A stretch of 64,000 nt of DNA from assembly GCA_033763315.1 (NCBI GenBank), contig JANRKS010000005.1, forward strand, positions 1 through 64,000, read 5' to 3'. Origin of the DNA: Deltaproteobacteria bacterium. GTDB lineage: Bacteria > Myxococcota_A > Polyangia > Fen-1088. This document shows positions 20,775-31,074 of this stretch, piece by piece. The position numbers were made by a program, and so were the translations under genes. A model generated the notes under the pieces. That model made no database searches. It worked only from the letters and a program-made list of their open reading frames with translations, and had not been told where the DNA came from. The first letter of the stretch is position 1, and each line of letters opens with the position of its first letter.

Positions 20775-22100
20775 TTACGCCAAGAGACCTTTAAGTGGTC
20801 CTGTGCAGTACTTCGGATCCCCGAAGGTTTGGGCGGGCACGTCCAGTGCGTTCATGATCGAGACCAACAGGTTGTTGTGAGGAACATTGCCGTTGAACTT
20901 TAGGTTTCGGCCCGTTTTGATTCCCAGCTTAGAACCGCCGGCCATCACGAAGGGCATATCGTCGTGCGAGTGTCGGTTGCCATACGCCAGCTCGTTGCCC
21001 CACAGCATGACGGTGTTGTCCAACAGAGAGCCACTGGCGCCGTCACTCGCCTGCTTCAGCGCCGCCGCCACGGTGGCAAATTGTTGGCAATACCAAGTGT
21101 TCACCTTGATCAACGATTCCTGCGTCGCCGCATCCCCATCGGGATAGTGGGACATCTCGTGGTGTTCCTTGTTCACACCGACCCAGGTGAAGCGCGTGGT
21201 GCTGGCGGCGTTGCTCCACTGCAAAGTTGCCACGCGCGTGAGATCGCATTTGAGCGCCATGACCAACAGATCCATCTGGATCTGCCCAATGGCGGGGAAA
21301 GCGTCGTTGCCGCTGCCCACGCTCGGCAACGTTGGCTTTTTGCATTCAGTGCCGCCTGCAACGGCGGCCAATCTCGTTTCGAGATCGCGGATTGAAGTCA
21401 GATGTTCTTCAAGCCGCTGTTTGTCGGCGTGTCCGAGGTTGGTGTTGAGCCCCTTCGCATTCTCCAAAACGGCGTCAAGGATGGTCTTGCGCTGCTGCCG
21501 CAACTTTGTGATGGCCGCGTCGTCGCCACCCGCCTCCGAAAACAGCCGTCTGAAGATTGAGTTTGGATCGTTGTCGGCGGGCAGGGGCTTTTGAAAGTCC
21601 AGGTAGTTGACGTAGCTATAGGCACTGCCCTTCGAGCACTGGACGCCAAACTCCACAGAGCGGAATTTGGTTTCCGTGCCGAGCTGCTTGGCAATCACTT
21701 GGTCTACTGAAATGCCACTGGCCAAACCAGCGGGTCGCCCCGGATTTCCGCTGTCGTCATTGCCGGGCCCCAGCTCTCTGCCTGTAAGAAGAGCGCCGAT
21801 GCCGACCTGGTGTGCCCCTCCCGGGCCGTTCATGGAGGCAATGTTGTCCACCCCATTTAGTATCACCACGTCACTCTTTAGGGGCTCAAGCGGCTTTAGG
21901 ATCCTGGACAATTGAAAATCTGTTTCCCCACCCGTGGGAGTCCATGACTTTGCGATGCTGCCGCAGGGGCTGAACATGAAGACGAACCTTTTCGGTACAA
22001 CGCTCGCCGCGCGGGCCGGCCGCATCGCTTCGAGAAATGGCAACGCCACCGCCACTTTGCCTGCCCCACGCAATAGGGTTCGTCGTGCGAGGGCCTTCAT
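20775..22100 (-). CDS. DUF1552 family protein
   Basis: ARRTLLRG..ALPFLEAM, SVDQVIA, ALKCDLTRVATLQW, HHEMSH, LLDNTVMLWGNE, PHNNLL. Confidence 0.93.
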   Translation of the reverse strand: MKALARRTLLRGAGKVAVALPFLEAMRPARAASVVPKRFVFMFSPCGSIAKSWTPTGGETDFQLSRILKPLEPLKSDVVILNGVDNIASMNGPGGAHQVGIGALLTGRELGPGNDDSGNPGRPAGLASGISVDQVIAKQLGTETKFRSVEFGVQCSKGSAYSYVNYLDFQKPLPADNDPNSIFRRLFSEAGGDDAAITKLRQQRKTILDAVLENAKGLNTNLGHADKQRLEEHLTSIRDLETRLAAVAGGTECKKPTLPSVGSGNDAFPAIGQIQMDLLVMALKCDLTRVATLQWSNAASTTRFTWVGVNKEHHEMSHYPDGDAATQESLIKVNTWYCQQFATVAAALKQASDGASGSLLDNTVMLWGNELAYGNRHSHDDMPFVMAGGSKLGIKTGRNLKFNGNVPHNNLLVSIMNALDVPAQTFGDPKYCTGPLKGLLA

Positions 22101-23830
22101 CGTTGCGCTCCTGCGTTTCGGGTCAAGAACACTTCTGTTTCGGTCAGAGCTAGCACAAGGCCTTGCAGGCTGAAGTCGCTGTCATGAAAACGCTGTTTCA
22201 ACGCAGCGAGGGTGCAGTCGTCTCCCGCCCCCTCGGTGCGCCCGTAGGCGAAGCGAAACCACTGGGTCACGGCGCAATCCCGAGCTTGCTCGCTGCTCGC
22301 CAGCTTCTCGGCTAGTTCAGCGGCTCCGTTAAAGGGGCCGGAAATGTCCAAGACGACTTCGTCGATGGCTCCCGAAGCATCGACTGGCTTACCGTTCTCA
22401 CTGTCGCGCCAACGTCCAGCACCATCGAAGTTTTCAAGACCAAGGCCAATCGGATCCATCAACGCATGGCAACCCTTGCAGGCGGCATCTGCATCGTGAA
22501 TCGCGAATCGTTCACGCGTGGTCATGCCAGGGTTTGTGGCTGGTGGTTTGACCATGAGTCCAGCGGGAGGCGCAGGCAACGGTGAGCACAGCAGCGACTC
22601 CATCACGAACTTCCCGCGGACCGGAGGCGACGTTTGATCAGATTTGCCTATGCCCGCCAACAGCCCTCCTTGACCCAGAAGACCTGCGTATTTTTCTGGA
22701 TCCGTCTTCGTTAAAGCGAACTTGGCACCCGTGTTGGGATCAGGAAGTCCATAGTACTTCGCCAGTGGCGTGTTGATGAAAGTGACAGGCGCCTTCATGA
22801 GGTGATCGAAACTTCCCGCATTCGCATCGAAAAACGCCCAGTCCACAAACATTTGCAGTTGCTGTGTCATGGCGGTGGCGATTTCACGGTTGAAGGCGGG
22901 AAACACCTTAGGGTCCTTCTCAAGCGCTGCCAGTTCCGTCAACCCGAACCACTGTTCGTGAAAGTGCGCGATGACGGCGCGTGCTTTAACGTCTGCCAAC
23001 ATGCGCCGCGCCTGGGCTTTGACGTCCGAAACGGTGGTCAGCTTTCCTGCGCGCGCGGCCTCGAACAGCGCCTCGTCGGGCATGGTTCCCCAAAGAAGAT
23101 ACGACAACCGGGAGGCTGTTTCCCATGGCGTGAGCGCCACCTTGCTTGCCCCGTTTGCGGGTGCGTTGCCGTTTTCAATGCGATAGAGGAACGCGGGCGA
23201 CTGCAACATGGTTTGGATGACCCACGCCACACCCGCTTTGGGACTCGCACCGGCGGCGCCAGCTGCATAAACGGACGCAAAGACATCCACTTCACTTTGG
23301 GTTAACGGACGTCGAAACGCTCGCTGTCCGAAGGTTTCAACAAACGCTCGAGCGCAATCGGCATCTGCGCGCGAGGCGTCGCAGGGAAGCAATGCCGATA
23401 GCTTCTGCGTTACGGCCGCGTCGGCAAGCTTCTCTGCGGCGGTCAGGTATCGTTCGGTGAGGATCGGCGTAACAATCAGTGCCTGCGCGTTGTTGACAAA
23501 GCCATCGCGCATTTCCTCCGACGGGAAGTCCATGACCGGTTGCACGTCCAGCTTCAACAGATCGCGCACGGTGTTGTTGTATTCGAAGCGCGTCAAGCGC
23601 CGCATTAAGCTCTCGGGCGCCGCGCCGGCTTTGCAGGTGACATTGCCGTTTAGACCATCGGGGCCATCAATCGTACCTGGCACGGTCGCTGAAGGAAGTT
23701 CGCCTGAACTCGTTTGCTCGTCGGACGGCGTGCCCACAACGCCGGCGCAGCCAACAAGAAGGCCCAAAGCTGCCGTTTGGGCAAGGCCTATCCGGCACGT
23801 CAGTGACATCACAGCGGAACTGAACTTCAT
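22097..23830 (-). CDS. DUF1592/DUF1588 monoheme lipoprotein
   Basis: Lipobox LVGC, RRLTRFEYNNTVRDLL, LQSPAFLYR, ASRLSYLLW..PD, PPVRG, CKGCH..MDPIGLGLENFD. Confidence 0.92.
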   Translation of the reverse strand: MKFSSAVMSLTCRIGLAQTAALGLLVGCAGVVGTPSDEQTSSGELPSATVPGTIDGPDGLNGNVTCKAGAAPESLMRRLTRFEYNNTVRDLLKLDVQPVMDFPSEEMRDGFVNNAQALIVTPILTERYLTAAEKLADAAVTQKLSALLPCDASRADADCARAFVETFGQRAFRRPLTQSEVDVFASVYAAGAAGASPKAGVAWVIQTMLQSPAFLYRIENGNAPANGASKVALTPWETASRLSYLLWGTMPDEALFEAARAGKLTTVSDVKAQARRMLADVKARAVIAHFHEQWFGLTELAALEKDPKVFPAFNREIATAMTQQLQMFVDWAFFDANAGSFDHLMKAPVTFINTPLAKYYGLPDPNTGAKFALTKTDPEKYAGLLGQGGLLAGIGKSDQTSPPVRGKFVMESLLCSPLPAPPAGLMVKPPATNPGMTTRERFAIHDADAACKGCHALMDPIGLGLENFDGAGRWRDSENGKPVDASGAIDEVVLDISGPFNGAAELAEKLASSEQARDCAVTQWFRFAYGRTEGAGDDCTLAALKQRFHDSDFSLQGLVLALTETEVFLTRNAGAQR

Positions 23831-24019
23831 TGTTCCCCTTCTGCCCGGGCTCACATGCGCAGTCGGCCGCAGGTCGAATAAAGCCTAAGCGACGCCGCTG
23901 TGAGACGCCTACGCAACAAGGCGTATCGGCGTGAGGGCATTTCGCCCCTTATGGCGCGCCGTCTTTTAGCCAACCCAACGGCAAGCATTGTCGGTGTGCC
24001 ACTGCGCTGGTTGCGATGA

Positions 24020-25300
24020 TCACCTTAGCAGCGTGGAAATGGGTGAAGCGCCAACGCCAGACGGGGGATAGCTGCTCTCTGGTATCCGCAGCGCCTTGGC
24101 GAGTGTAGCAAGCAGATCTTTAATCGACCGTCGTCCCACATTCGCAAACCCAGCGCCTCGCAAAGCACCATGGGCGTCGCCCAAGATGACCACCGGAATG
24201 TCTTTCAAATCATGGTCAGGGCCCAAGGCACTCATCCAAATGATCAACGTGTGATCCAGGAGCGACGAGCCGTCTTCAGCCTTCTGTGATTCGATTGCCG
24301 TTGCCAAGTCGGCCACTCGTTGCGCCTGAAAAAGGTTGTACCGCGTGATTGAAGGCAGCACATAGGGACGTTTGTCTCTATCCCCGTAATAGTGCAACAT
24401 CGAATGTAAGTCGGGCAGGCCCATACCCCTGGCTCGTGCCTCTGACACGCGCACTGTTGTTCCCATGGCAAGGATTTGGCCCTTGGCTAAAGCCTCAGCA
24501 CCTAGTTTCAGCGACCGGGGAATGTCATCTGAATCAAACGCGGGGTCATCGTCCGCATGGCCGGGGGAGGTTGTGGTGCCCAGAGTTCGAGCCCACGACT
24601 CGATGTCCTCGGCGCAGCGCAACGGAACGCCTGGTCCGTTCCAGAACGGCGAGATGAGGCCCGCCCAGCTACGCTTGGGCACAAAGCAGGCCGATTCCTT
24701 GCTCGACGCCCTTGCGAAGAGCACGTCTAACGATGCAGCTTCAGCTCGATATTGCGGATAGCCAAGCGGGGCGGGGATCGAGACTTTCCCCGTGAGAAGA
24801 AGGCGCACGTAGTTGCTGTCATCTTGGCTAAGTGAGGTGGGCGAGGGGTCCATATCAATGCCCTTGACCTGCAGTAAGCGATTGGAGAATCGCTGCAATG
24901 GCTTAAGCGATCCTTCGTAGGAAACACTTGTGCCATTGCCTACCGGCCAAAACGTTTCTGCCGCAACGCCGTGAAGCGTCACCACCACAGCGAGCCGCAG
25001 AGGGGGCGTTGGTGGCGAGGCTGCGGGCCCCGCATCCGCAGGCAACGCTAATGTATCCTGCACCGCCGTGTCGCTCTTGCCGTTGCTTGCGGCATCCACA
25101 GGGGCCCGTGAAGCATCCGGTTTTACAGGCAACGTTTGGTCTTCTGTCCGGTCCTCATCAGGTCCCTCTTCGTGCTCGGCGTCGACCTCGTTGTCTTGGG
25201 TTGTGTCGTTGCCGGCGACATCATGTACACACGAGGCGCTGACTGCACTTATGACAAGCCAAGGCGCCCAGCCCGCAAATCGTTTCATGCTCTTCGTCAT
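24020..25300 (-). CDS. Divergent lipid-anchored DUF1552-like protein
   Basis: Lipobox SASC plus acidic linker; HG...ETFWP, LKPL, KGID, SLDV, LHSMLH, DGSSLLDHTLIIWMS, H..KDIPVVILG. Confidence 0.7.
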   Translation of the reverse strand: MTKSMKRFAGWAPWLVISAVSASCVHDVAGNDTTQDNEVDAEHEEGPDEDRTEDQTLPVKPDASRAPVDAASNGKSDTAVQDTLALPADAGPAASPPTPPLRLAVVVTLHGVAAETFWPVGNGTSVSYEGSLKPLQRFSNRLLQVKGIDMDPSPTSLSQDDSNYVRLLLTGKVSIPAPLGYPQYRAEAASLDVLFARASSKESACFVPKRSWAGLISPFWNGPGVPLRCAEDIESWARTLGTTTSPGHADDDPAFDSDDIPRSLKLGAEALAKGQILAMGTTVRVSEARARGMGLPDLHSMLHYYGDRDKRPYVLPSITRYNLFQAQRVADLATAIESQKAEDGSSLLDHTLIIWMSALGPDHDLKDIPVVILGDAHGALRGAGFANVGRRSIKDLLATLAKALRIPESSYPPSGVGASPISTLLR

Positions 25301-25428
25301 GAAGAGCTGTTGCTCTTTGCATTCGCTCCCTTACAGAGCGACAGGGAATCGGTGAAGCTTATCGCAATCAGCTACGTCGATTGCCAAAGGGGCCGGCGGT
25401 GCGGATCAAACGGCCATACGCTCGAGTG

Positions 25429-26382
25429 CTATAGGGCTTTGGGCAACGCAGACACGGGCCACGCCACGACGTGGTCGAGGGGCTCAGCAAGCTTCACAAG
25501 GTCCAGCGTGTCTAAACGGATCGTCCAGGCTTTGTTGGGATCGGGCTTATAGCCTCGAATCCAAAACGTGACTTCGTCGATGTGACTTTGATCGACCGCG
25601 CGCTTTGAGCCCTGCGCGTGCGTCAGATCAGCGAACGCTTTGAACGGCATCGTGACAACCACTGGCTCGTCGACCGACATGACGAAACGCGCCTGGTAAA
25701 ACGCCTTGTCGCCACCTTGATTCAACAGATTCACGTCGAAGAAACTGCGTGAGCCGTCAGGGTCCAACCAGAACTGGATGGCGTCATAGCCGGACCAATT
25801 TAGCCCCGGTGTGTAAAGGTGACCGAAACCCGCTTGGCCACCGCTATCGATGCGATACTCCATCCGCAGCGAGAACTTCCCTGCACCTTTGATGGACGAA
25901 TCCAAAGTGGCTTGGACGGGCAATCCATAGGGACTTGCGATCCATCCTCCTTGTTGTGGCCACGGTACGATCGGCAGTTTGTCACCGTTTTGATCGAAGT
26001 CTTCATAACGCTTTCTGTCGGTGGTGGCAGGCCACTGCCACTGTTTGCCCGTGAATCCCGCAGGCAGCGATGCGCCGGTCGTTCCCCCGGACCCTCCTTG
26101 ACCCAACGTCCCTCCAGAACCCCCTTTGGAAGATCCATCTGGTGGCGATGACATTCCACCCGTGCCGGCTGGCAGCGCGTCCATAGAAGCCGAGGGCTCC
26201 TCACCACTGTTGCCGCTCCCCGAGGTGCCGCCCTCGTCAACGCCGCCGCCCGCGGCCTGATCGTTGCCAGCCTCTCCGCCGGCGCCGTCGTGGTCTGAGT
26301 TTCGCGCTTGCCCGCAAGCGAGGATCAAGTTTGCGGCCACAAGCCAAAGCCAAAACGTGCGCACGCGATTGTTCGCCAACAT
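25429..26382 (-). CDS. Lipoprotein with carbohydrate-binding (CBM11/CIA30-like) domain
   Basis: Lipobox ILAC, Gly/Ser linker, SLRMEY, NWSGYDAIQFWLDPDGS, VTMPFKAF, IRLDTL. Confidence 0.7.
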   Translation of the reverse strand: MLANNRVRTFWLWLVAANLILACGQARNSDHDGAGGEAGNDQAAGGGVDEGGTSGSGNSGEEPSASMDALPAGTGGMSSPPDGSSKGGSGGTLGQGGSGGTTGASLPAGFTGKQWQWPATTDRKRYEDFDQNGDKLPIVPWPQQGGWIASPYGLPVQATLDSSIKGAGKFSLRMEYRIDSGGQAGFGHLYTPGLNWSGYDAIQFWLDPDGSRSFFDVNLLNQGGDKAFYQARFVMSVDEPVVVTMPFKAFADLTHAQGSKRAVDQSHIDEVTFWIRGYKPDPNKAWTIRLDTLDLVKLAEPLDHVVAWPVSALPKAL

Positions 26383-26736
26383 CTACAACCTCCGCGTTCA
26401 GTGATGAGCGCAAAGTAACAAACAACGTCGATCGAGGAGCCTTGTGCATGATCATTCACCCAAACCGTAAGGCGTTTGACGTACCTACGAGAGAGCCACC
26501 GCGTTTTCCGTTTTCTCGTTCATTTCGAATGAGGTTTTGGGTGCAAGCCGATCTGACGAGATGTACGTGGGGGCGGTCTACCAACTGCACAGGCCTGCAT
26601 TCGTAATCGCCTCGCATGCTCATCACATAAAACAAGTTGGTGGCGGACGCAGTGATCTGCGTCGCGAAAGATCGCCAAATGAATTTCACTACGTCAGATC
26701 GCTAAGCGGAACGTTTGGGGACGACGTGCGGAAAAA

Positions 26737-26770
26737 GATCAACCAAATGGTTGATCAACCGATTGGTTGA
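26737..26770. promoter_or_regulatory. Tandem palindromic operators, probably for the ArsR-family regulator
   Basis: GATCAACCA-AA-TGGTTGATC overlaps TCAACC-GATT-GGTTGA about 30 bp upstream of the SRPBCC-ArsR-SRPBCC operon. Confidence 0.75.
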
Positions 26771-26801
26771 ACGTATATTGAATTTAAGGAGAGACTCACT
26801 C

Positions 26802-27230
26802 ATGCCAGACATACTTCATGAACTCAGCATCAATGCACCCATCGACCGCGTCTTCGCCGCCATCGGCTCTCGCGAAGGCCTTTCCGATTGGTGGACCACC
26901 ACGACGAGCGGCGACAGCGCACCCGGGCAAACCCTGACGTTTACCTTTGGTACACACAGCATCGATATGCGCGTTGATGCCCTAGAGAAGCCCGGCCACA
27001 TCGCTTGGCAATGCACGAGGGAGGGCCCTGAATGGTTGGGCACCAAAATCACGTTTGACCTGTCCCCTAAGGAGGGCCGTACCCTGTTGCGGTTTGGTCA
27101 CCGCGGGTGGGCCGAAACTGGCAGATCCTTCGCCCATTGCAATATGAGATGGGCCATGTTCCTTTTAAGCTTGCGAGAGCTTGTGGAAACAGGGAAGGGT
27201 CGTCCATTCCCCTACGCGTTGCCCATTTGA
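26802..27230 (+). CDS. SRPBCC/AHSA1 domain protein
   Basis: I.APIDRVFAAI...GLSDWW, EWLGTKITFDL, LRFGHRGW, FLLSLRELVETGKGRP; AAGGAG RBS. Confidence 0.9.
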   Translation: MPDILHELSINAPIDRVFAAIGSREGLSDWWTTTTSGDSAPGQTLTFTFGTHSIDMRVDALEKPGHIAWQCTREGPEWLGTKITFDLSPKEGRTLLRFGHRGWAETGRSFAHCNMRWAMFLLSLRELVETGKGRPFPYALPI

Positions 27231-27622
27231 CACCAAAACAAGAACATCAACTCGACCGGGTTTTCGGTTGCTTGTCGGATCCTTCGCGCCGCAAGGTGAT
27301 TGCCTTGTTGCGCGAAGCGCGCGAGCTCAAAGTTACCGACATCGCGCAGGCGTTTGACATGAGCCTCAACGGTGTGTCGAAACACCTCAAGGTTCTGGAA
27401 GAAGCCGGCTTGGTGGTCCGGCGGGTTGATGGACGCGTGCACTGGTTCAGCGCCAATTGGAGTGCGTTGCAACCGGCTTACGAGTTCCTGCATTTTCATC
27501 AGCACTTTTGGAGCCAGCGCCTCGATGCCTTGGTGGACTATGTGAAGCCAAAGGCAGCCACTGGTAAGGCCGCGCTTGCGGGTGCGTCTAACGTCAAAAA
27601 CGACAGCAAGAAGAAATCATGA
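27227..27622 (+). CDS. ArsR/SmtB-family transcriptional regulator
   Basis: LDRVFGCLSDPSRR, MSLNGVSKHLKVLEEAGLV.R..GR, FWSQRLDAL; TTG start overlaps the upstream stop. Confidence 0.9.
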   Translation: MTPKQEHQLDRVFGCLSDPSRRKVIALLREARELKVTDIAQAFDMSLNGVSKHLKVLEEAGLVVRRVDGRVHWFSANWSALQPAYEFLHFHQHFWSQRLDALVDYVKPKAATGKAALAGASNVKNDSKKKS

Positions 27623-28053
27623 CCGAAGCAACCAACGTCTTTTTGGAACGTCTTGTGCCTGCACCTCCAGTCACAGTGTTCAATGCTTGGCTCGACCCTG
27701 CGGCGTTATCGAAATTTATGTGTTCGTGCGACGGCGCCTTCTTCACTAAGAAGGTCACCACAGATCCGCGGCCTGGCGGCAAATTCTTGATCGTGATGCG
27801 CGCGGGAGAACAAGACTTGCCCCACGAAGGCGTTTACGAAGTGATCGAGCCGCACCAACGCTTGGTGTTCACATGGCTGTCGCACATCGCGGGCCCGGGC
27901 AGCCGGGTGACGCTGACCTTTGCACCTCACGGAGACGGCGCCACTCTGCTTCGGCTTGAACACGAAGGGCTTCCCACGGACGGTGCGCGTCGATCCCATC
28001 ACTTAGGCTGGTCCGCCATCCTCGATACACTCGTAGGCCGCGAGACACCATAG
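27619..28053 (+). CDS. SRPBCC/AHSA1 domain protein
   Basis: APPVTVFNAWLDP, DPRPGGKF, RLVFTW, SRVTLTF, HLGW..ILD.L. Confidence 0.9.
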   Translation: MTEATNVFLERLVPAPPVTVFNAWLDPAALSKFMCSCDGAFFTKKVTTDPRPGGKFLIVMRAGEQDLPHEGVYEVIEPHQRLVFTWLSHIAGPGSRVTLTFAPHGDGATLLRLEHEGLPTDGARRSHHLGWSAILDTLVGRETP

Positions 28054-28166
28054 AACCGGGCTGTCGCCTGTCGTCGTGCGCCCGCTCACGCAAAAGCCGC
28101 TTTCTGGTGAAGGCGGTTCTACATTGGCGATGGCGCGGCGGCGTTTTTGCACGAGACTGCAGTGGC

Positions 28167-30788
28167 ATGCTTCCGCAACGACTGTCGCGTCTGTTCCCTT
28201 TGTGCTGGGCCGCTTGGGTGTGCGTGCCTGCCTGTGCATATCACACCACCGCCGGTGCGGAAGACATGTCCGCAGGGCAAATAAGGGCCGCGTCGGCGCC
28301 AGTTGCGCTCGTGCCTGCCACCGGCCTTAGCAGTCGGCCATTGGATTCGATGACGATCGTCGCGGCTTCGGGAGGCACCGTTGTGGTGACCGACGGCGAC
28401 GGCCACGAGTATTTTCGCGCCGCTGCACAACCGAGGCTGACCTTCAACGTGGGCGGTGCGCTTGGCACCCATCACGTCACGCTCAAGAATGCCCAAGGCA
28501 AGCCCGAAGGTGTTATGGCGTTCGATGTGGATGCCGCCACCACCGTCGTCGACAACACGGGCAAGTACACGCGCCTGTTTAACGCCTGCGTAAAAACCAT
28601 GACCGGCAGTGGCGCGCGTCTTGAAGGCCGTGAGCACAAGTGGAGAAACAAGTCCTACAACTCATTCGTTAGCTGGGTGCTCGATCAATCAAACACGATG
28701 AAGGGCATGCTGCTGTTCTCAACGCACGCCAAAGATATGGTGGACCTTTACCGCGAGAACCAACAACAAGACGGTATGATCTGGAGTTTTGTTGAGCCTG
28801 ACAATGGGCCGGGATATTACGACACGGCGTACGGACATCTTGGTTACGCCAAGCGCGATGGTGGTCTGCTGTTTGTGCGCCAGCCGAATGAGAACCACGT
28901 TGAGTATGAATATGTGAACATGCTTTACCAGGCATGGAAGGCCACGGGGGATGACGCTTGGATGTCCTCCACGCTCGATTCCGGCTTGCGCGCCTTGCAA
29001 TACAGCGTGACCTCGCCGGTGCGCTACTCCAAGCGCTTCCAATTGTTGAAACGACCGCTCACGATCGACTCGTGGGATTTCCAAGTGGAGGACGAATACC
29101 TGATCAAAGACACCACGACGCCCACGATGACAATCAATCCCGAACGAACAAAGTTCGGCGTGTTCTTTGGCGACAACACGGGCTACGTACAAGCGAGTGC
29201 ACGCTTGGCTGAGATGTTGGACCGGGTGGGGCGGCGTTCCGAATCGCAAGCGGTGCGCCAACGCGGCAGCGAGATTCTCGATCGTTTAACCAAGCTGAGC
29301 TGGAATGGTCGGTTTTTTCGGCATTTTGTCGATGAAGATTCCTCCGTGCATCGTGACCTGGGGGTCAACATGGACGAGCAAGTGGCTCAAGCCAATGCGT
29401 ATTCGCTGAACCGTGGCATCAGCCACGAGCAGGCCGTGGCCATCATAAAGACGTATCGAGATCTCCGCGCGCGGCTGCCTCACGGCTCGCCCGGTGAGTG
29501 GTACGCGATTTACCCGCCGTTTGAGAAGGGCTTCGGAAGCCACAACGATCGTTGGCAATACATGAACGGTGGTGTGGCCGGCCACGCGGCCGGTGAGTTG
29601 GCTCGCGGCGCCTTGGCGCATGGGTTTGAGTCCTATGGTGCCGATGTGATGGATCGTTCGTTGGCGTTGGCTGAGCGAACAGATGGCCTGATTCATTTTG
29701 CTTATACGGGTGCGTACGAAGAACTGGCGAAGCCGTCGAAACTGACGCCGGTGTCTTTGATCAAGGTGGCGAACATGTCCTTTGGGTCCAAGGGGGGGCA
29801 AGGTGCACTGCCGTGGGCCGATGGTGAGAAGGACAACGACCTTGCGACGCTTCCGCCAGGCCGCATGGTGGTTCAAGACGTGCCCTTCGATGTGATCGAT
29901 GCCGCGCAGAACAAGCAAAGGGGCGCTGTGGCGGTGGCGCGGCGGCGGGGCTTTGCCGCTGCCGCGCAGATTCCTGTAAAGCAAAAAGCGGGCGCTGTTT
30001 ATCTTCTGCACACGATTCACAAGGGGAAGGGCACCACGTCCGCACGAAACAACTCGACTGACGACGTGGCGGGCGCCGTGATCTTCAAATACAACGACGG
30101 AACACAACAAGGTGTTTACGTTCGCCGTGGTGAGCACGTCACAGGTTGGTGGTTTCCAACTCTAAAGAAGACGCACGCAGGCGTTGCGTGGACGGGCGCC
30201 AACCCCAAATCATCTGCCGTCGGGCTATCCTGGGCAGGCATTGCGAACCCGCAGCCCGATAAGGAGATCCATTCCATCGAGCTCGAATCGTCTGTTTCGG
30301 GCGCCATTTATATCGTCGCTGCACTCACGCTGGCCGATCGATTGCCCGAAACCAAAGCGCCGCCCGTGTCTTACGGAGGGCCCGACAACTGGGCCGCGGC
30401 CAACATGAGCGCTGCTTTGACAGAAGGCTTGGCGGGCGTGGTGGATGCCGACCGTGCCCTGCAGATGGCGGAGCTATCGCCGCGGTGGTCCGCGGCAGGC
30501 GTGAATGATGCGCAGATCACAATCCGCTACCCTTCGTCAAAAGGATACGTGGCTTATCACTGGCAGCACGCGCCGAACGAAAAGGTGGTGAATATGCAGA
30601 TCACCGGTAATGCGCGGCAGTTCAACTGCCGTGTGCTCGTTCCTGCGGGCGCTCGCCCAACGGTCGCGAAGCTTGACGGCGTGGCCACCAAGCTTCGCGA
30701 GCAAATGGTTGAGAACTCTCGCTACGCTGTGGTGAACGTTCCCGCAGGGGTTCACCACGTAGCGGTCTCTTATGCGGCAGTAAAGTGA
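28167..30788 (+). CDS. Secreted putative six-hairpin glycosidase-like protein with inserted beta-sandwich (CBM-like) domain
   Basis: Signal/lipobox VPAC; ENHVEYEY, WKATGDDAWM, DSWDFQ, LSWNGRFF, YMNGG; insert VPFDVID...NPQPDKEIHSI. Confidence 0.6.
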   Translation: MLPQRLSRLFPLCWAAWVCVPACAYHTTAGAEDMSAGQIRAASAPVALVPATGLSSRPLDSMTIVAASGGTVVVTDGDGHEYFRAAAQPRLTFNVGGALGTHHVTLKNAQGKPEGVMAFDVDAATTVVDNTGKYTRLFNACVKTMTGSGARLEGREHKWRNKSYNSFVSWVLDQSNTMKGMLLFSTHAKDMVDLYRENQQQDGMIWSFVEPDNGPGYYDTAYGHLGYAKRDGGLLFVRQPNENHVEYEYVNMLYQAWKATGDDAWMSSTLDSGLRALQYSVTSPVRYSKRFQLLKRPLTIDSWDFQVEDEYLIKDTTTPTMTINPERTKFGVFFGDNTGYVQASARLAEMLDRVGRRSESQAVRQRGSEILDRLTKLSWNGRFFRHFVDEDSSVHRDLGVNMDEQVAQANAYSLNRGISHEQAVAIIKTYRDLRARLPHGSPGEWYAIYPPFEKGFGSHNDRWQYMNGGVAGHAAGELARGALAHGFESYGADVMDRSLALAERTDGLIHFAYTGAYEELAKPSKLTPVSLIKVANMSFGSKGGQGALPWADGEKDNDLATLPPGRMVVQDVPFDVIDAAQNKQRGAVAVARRRGFAAAAQIPVKQKAGAVYLLHTIHKGKGTTSARNNSTDDVAGAVIFKYNDGTQQGVYVRRGEHVTGWWFPTLKKTHAGVAWTGANPKSSAVGLSWAGIANPQPDKEIHSIELESSVSGAIYIVAALTLADRLPETKAPPVSYGGPDNWAAANMSAALTEGLAGVVDADRALQMAELSPRWSAAGVNDAQITIRYPSSKGYVAYHWQHAPNEKVVNMQITGNARQFNCRVLVPAGARPTVAKLDGVATKLREQMVENSRYAVVNVPAGVHHVAVSYAAVK

Positions 30789-31074
30789 ATGGCTACCGCT
30801 ATCGATGACGTTATCTGACGGTGAACGTCGTGGCGCGGTAGCATCCGTGGAACGAAGCCGGCTCGGCACCCCCGCGGGCGGCAGAGAAGCGAAGTGCGCC
30901 GACCGCGTTTCATAAACACCTAAAACGTGCACTTCCCGGTCTGCGCCAGGAGCGCCGAAGCCACCCTTACAGACATTCGCGACGTATGTGGGAAGCGCTC
31001 CCGCCCCGTCCTGCTTGTGAAGTTCTTCGAGCGGCGATATGCTCAAACAAGGCGGGTGTAAAAGGGAGGCACAG

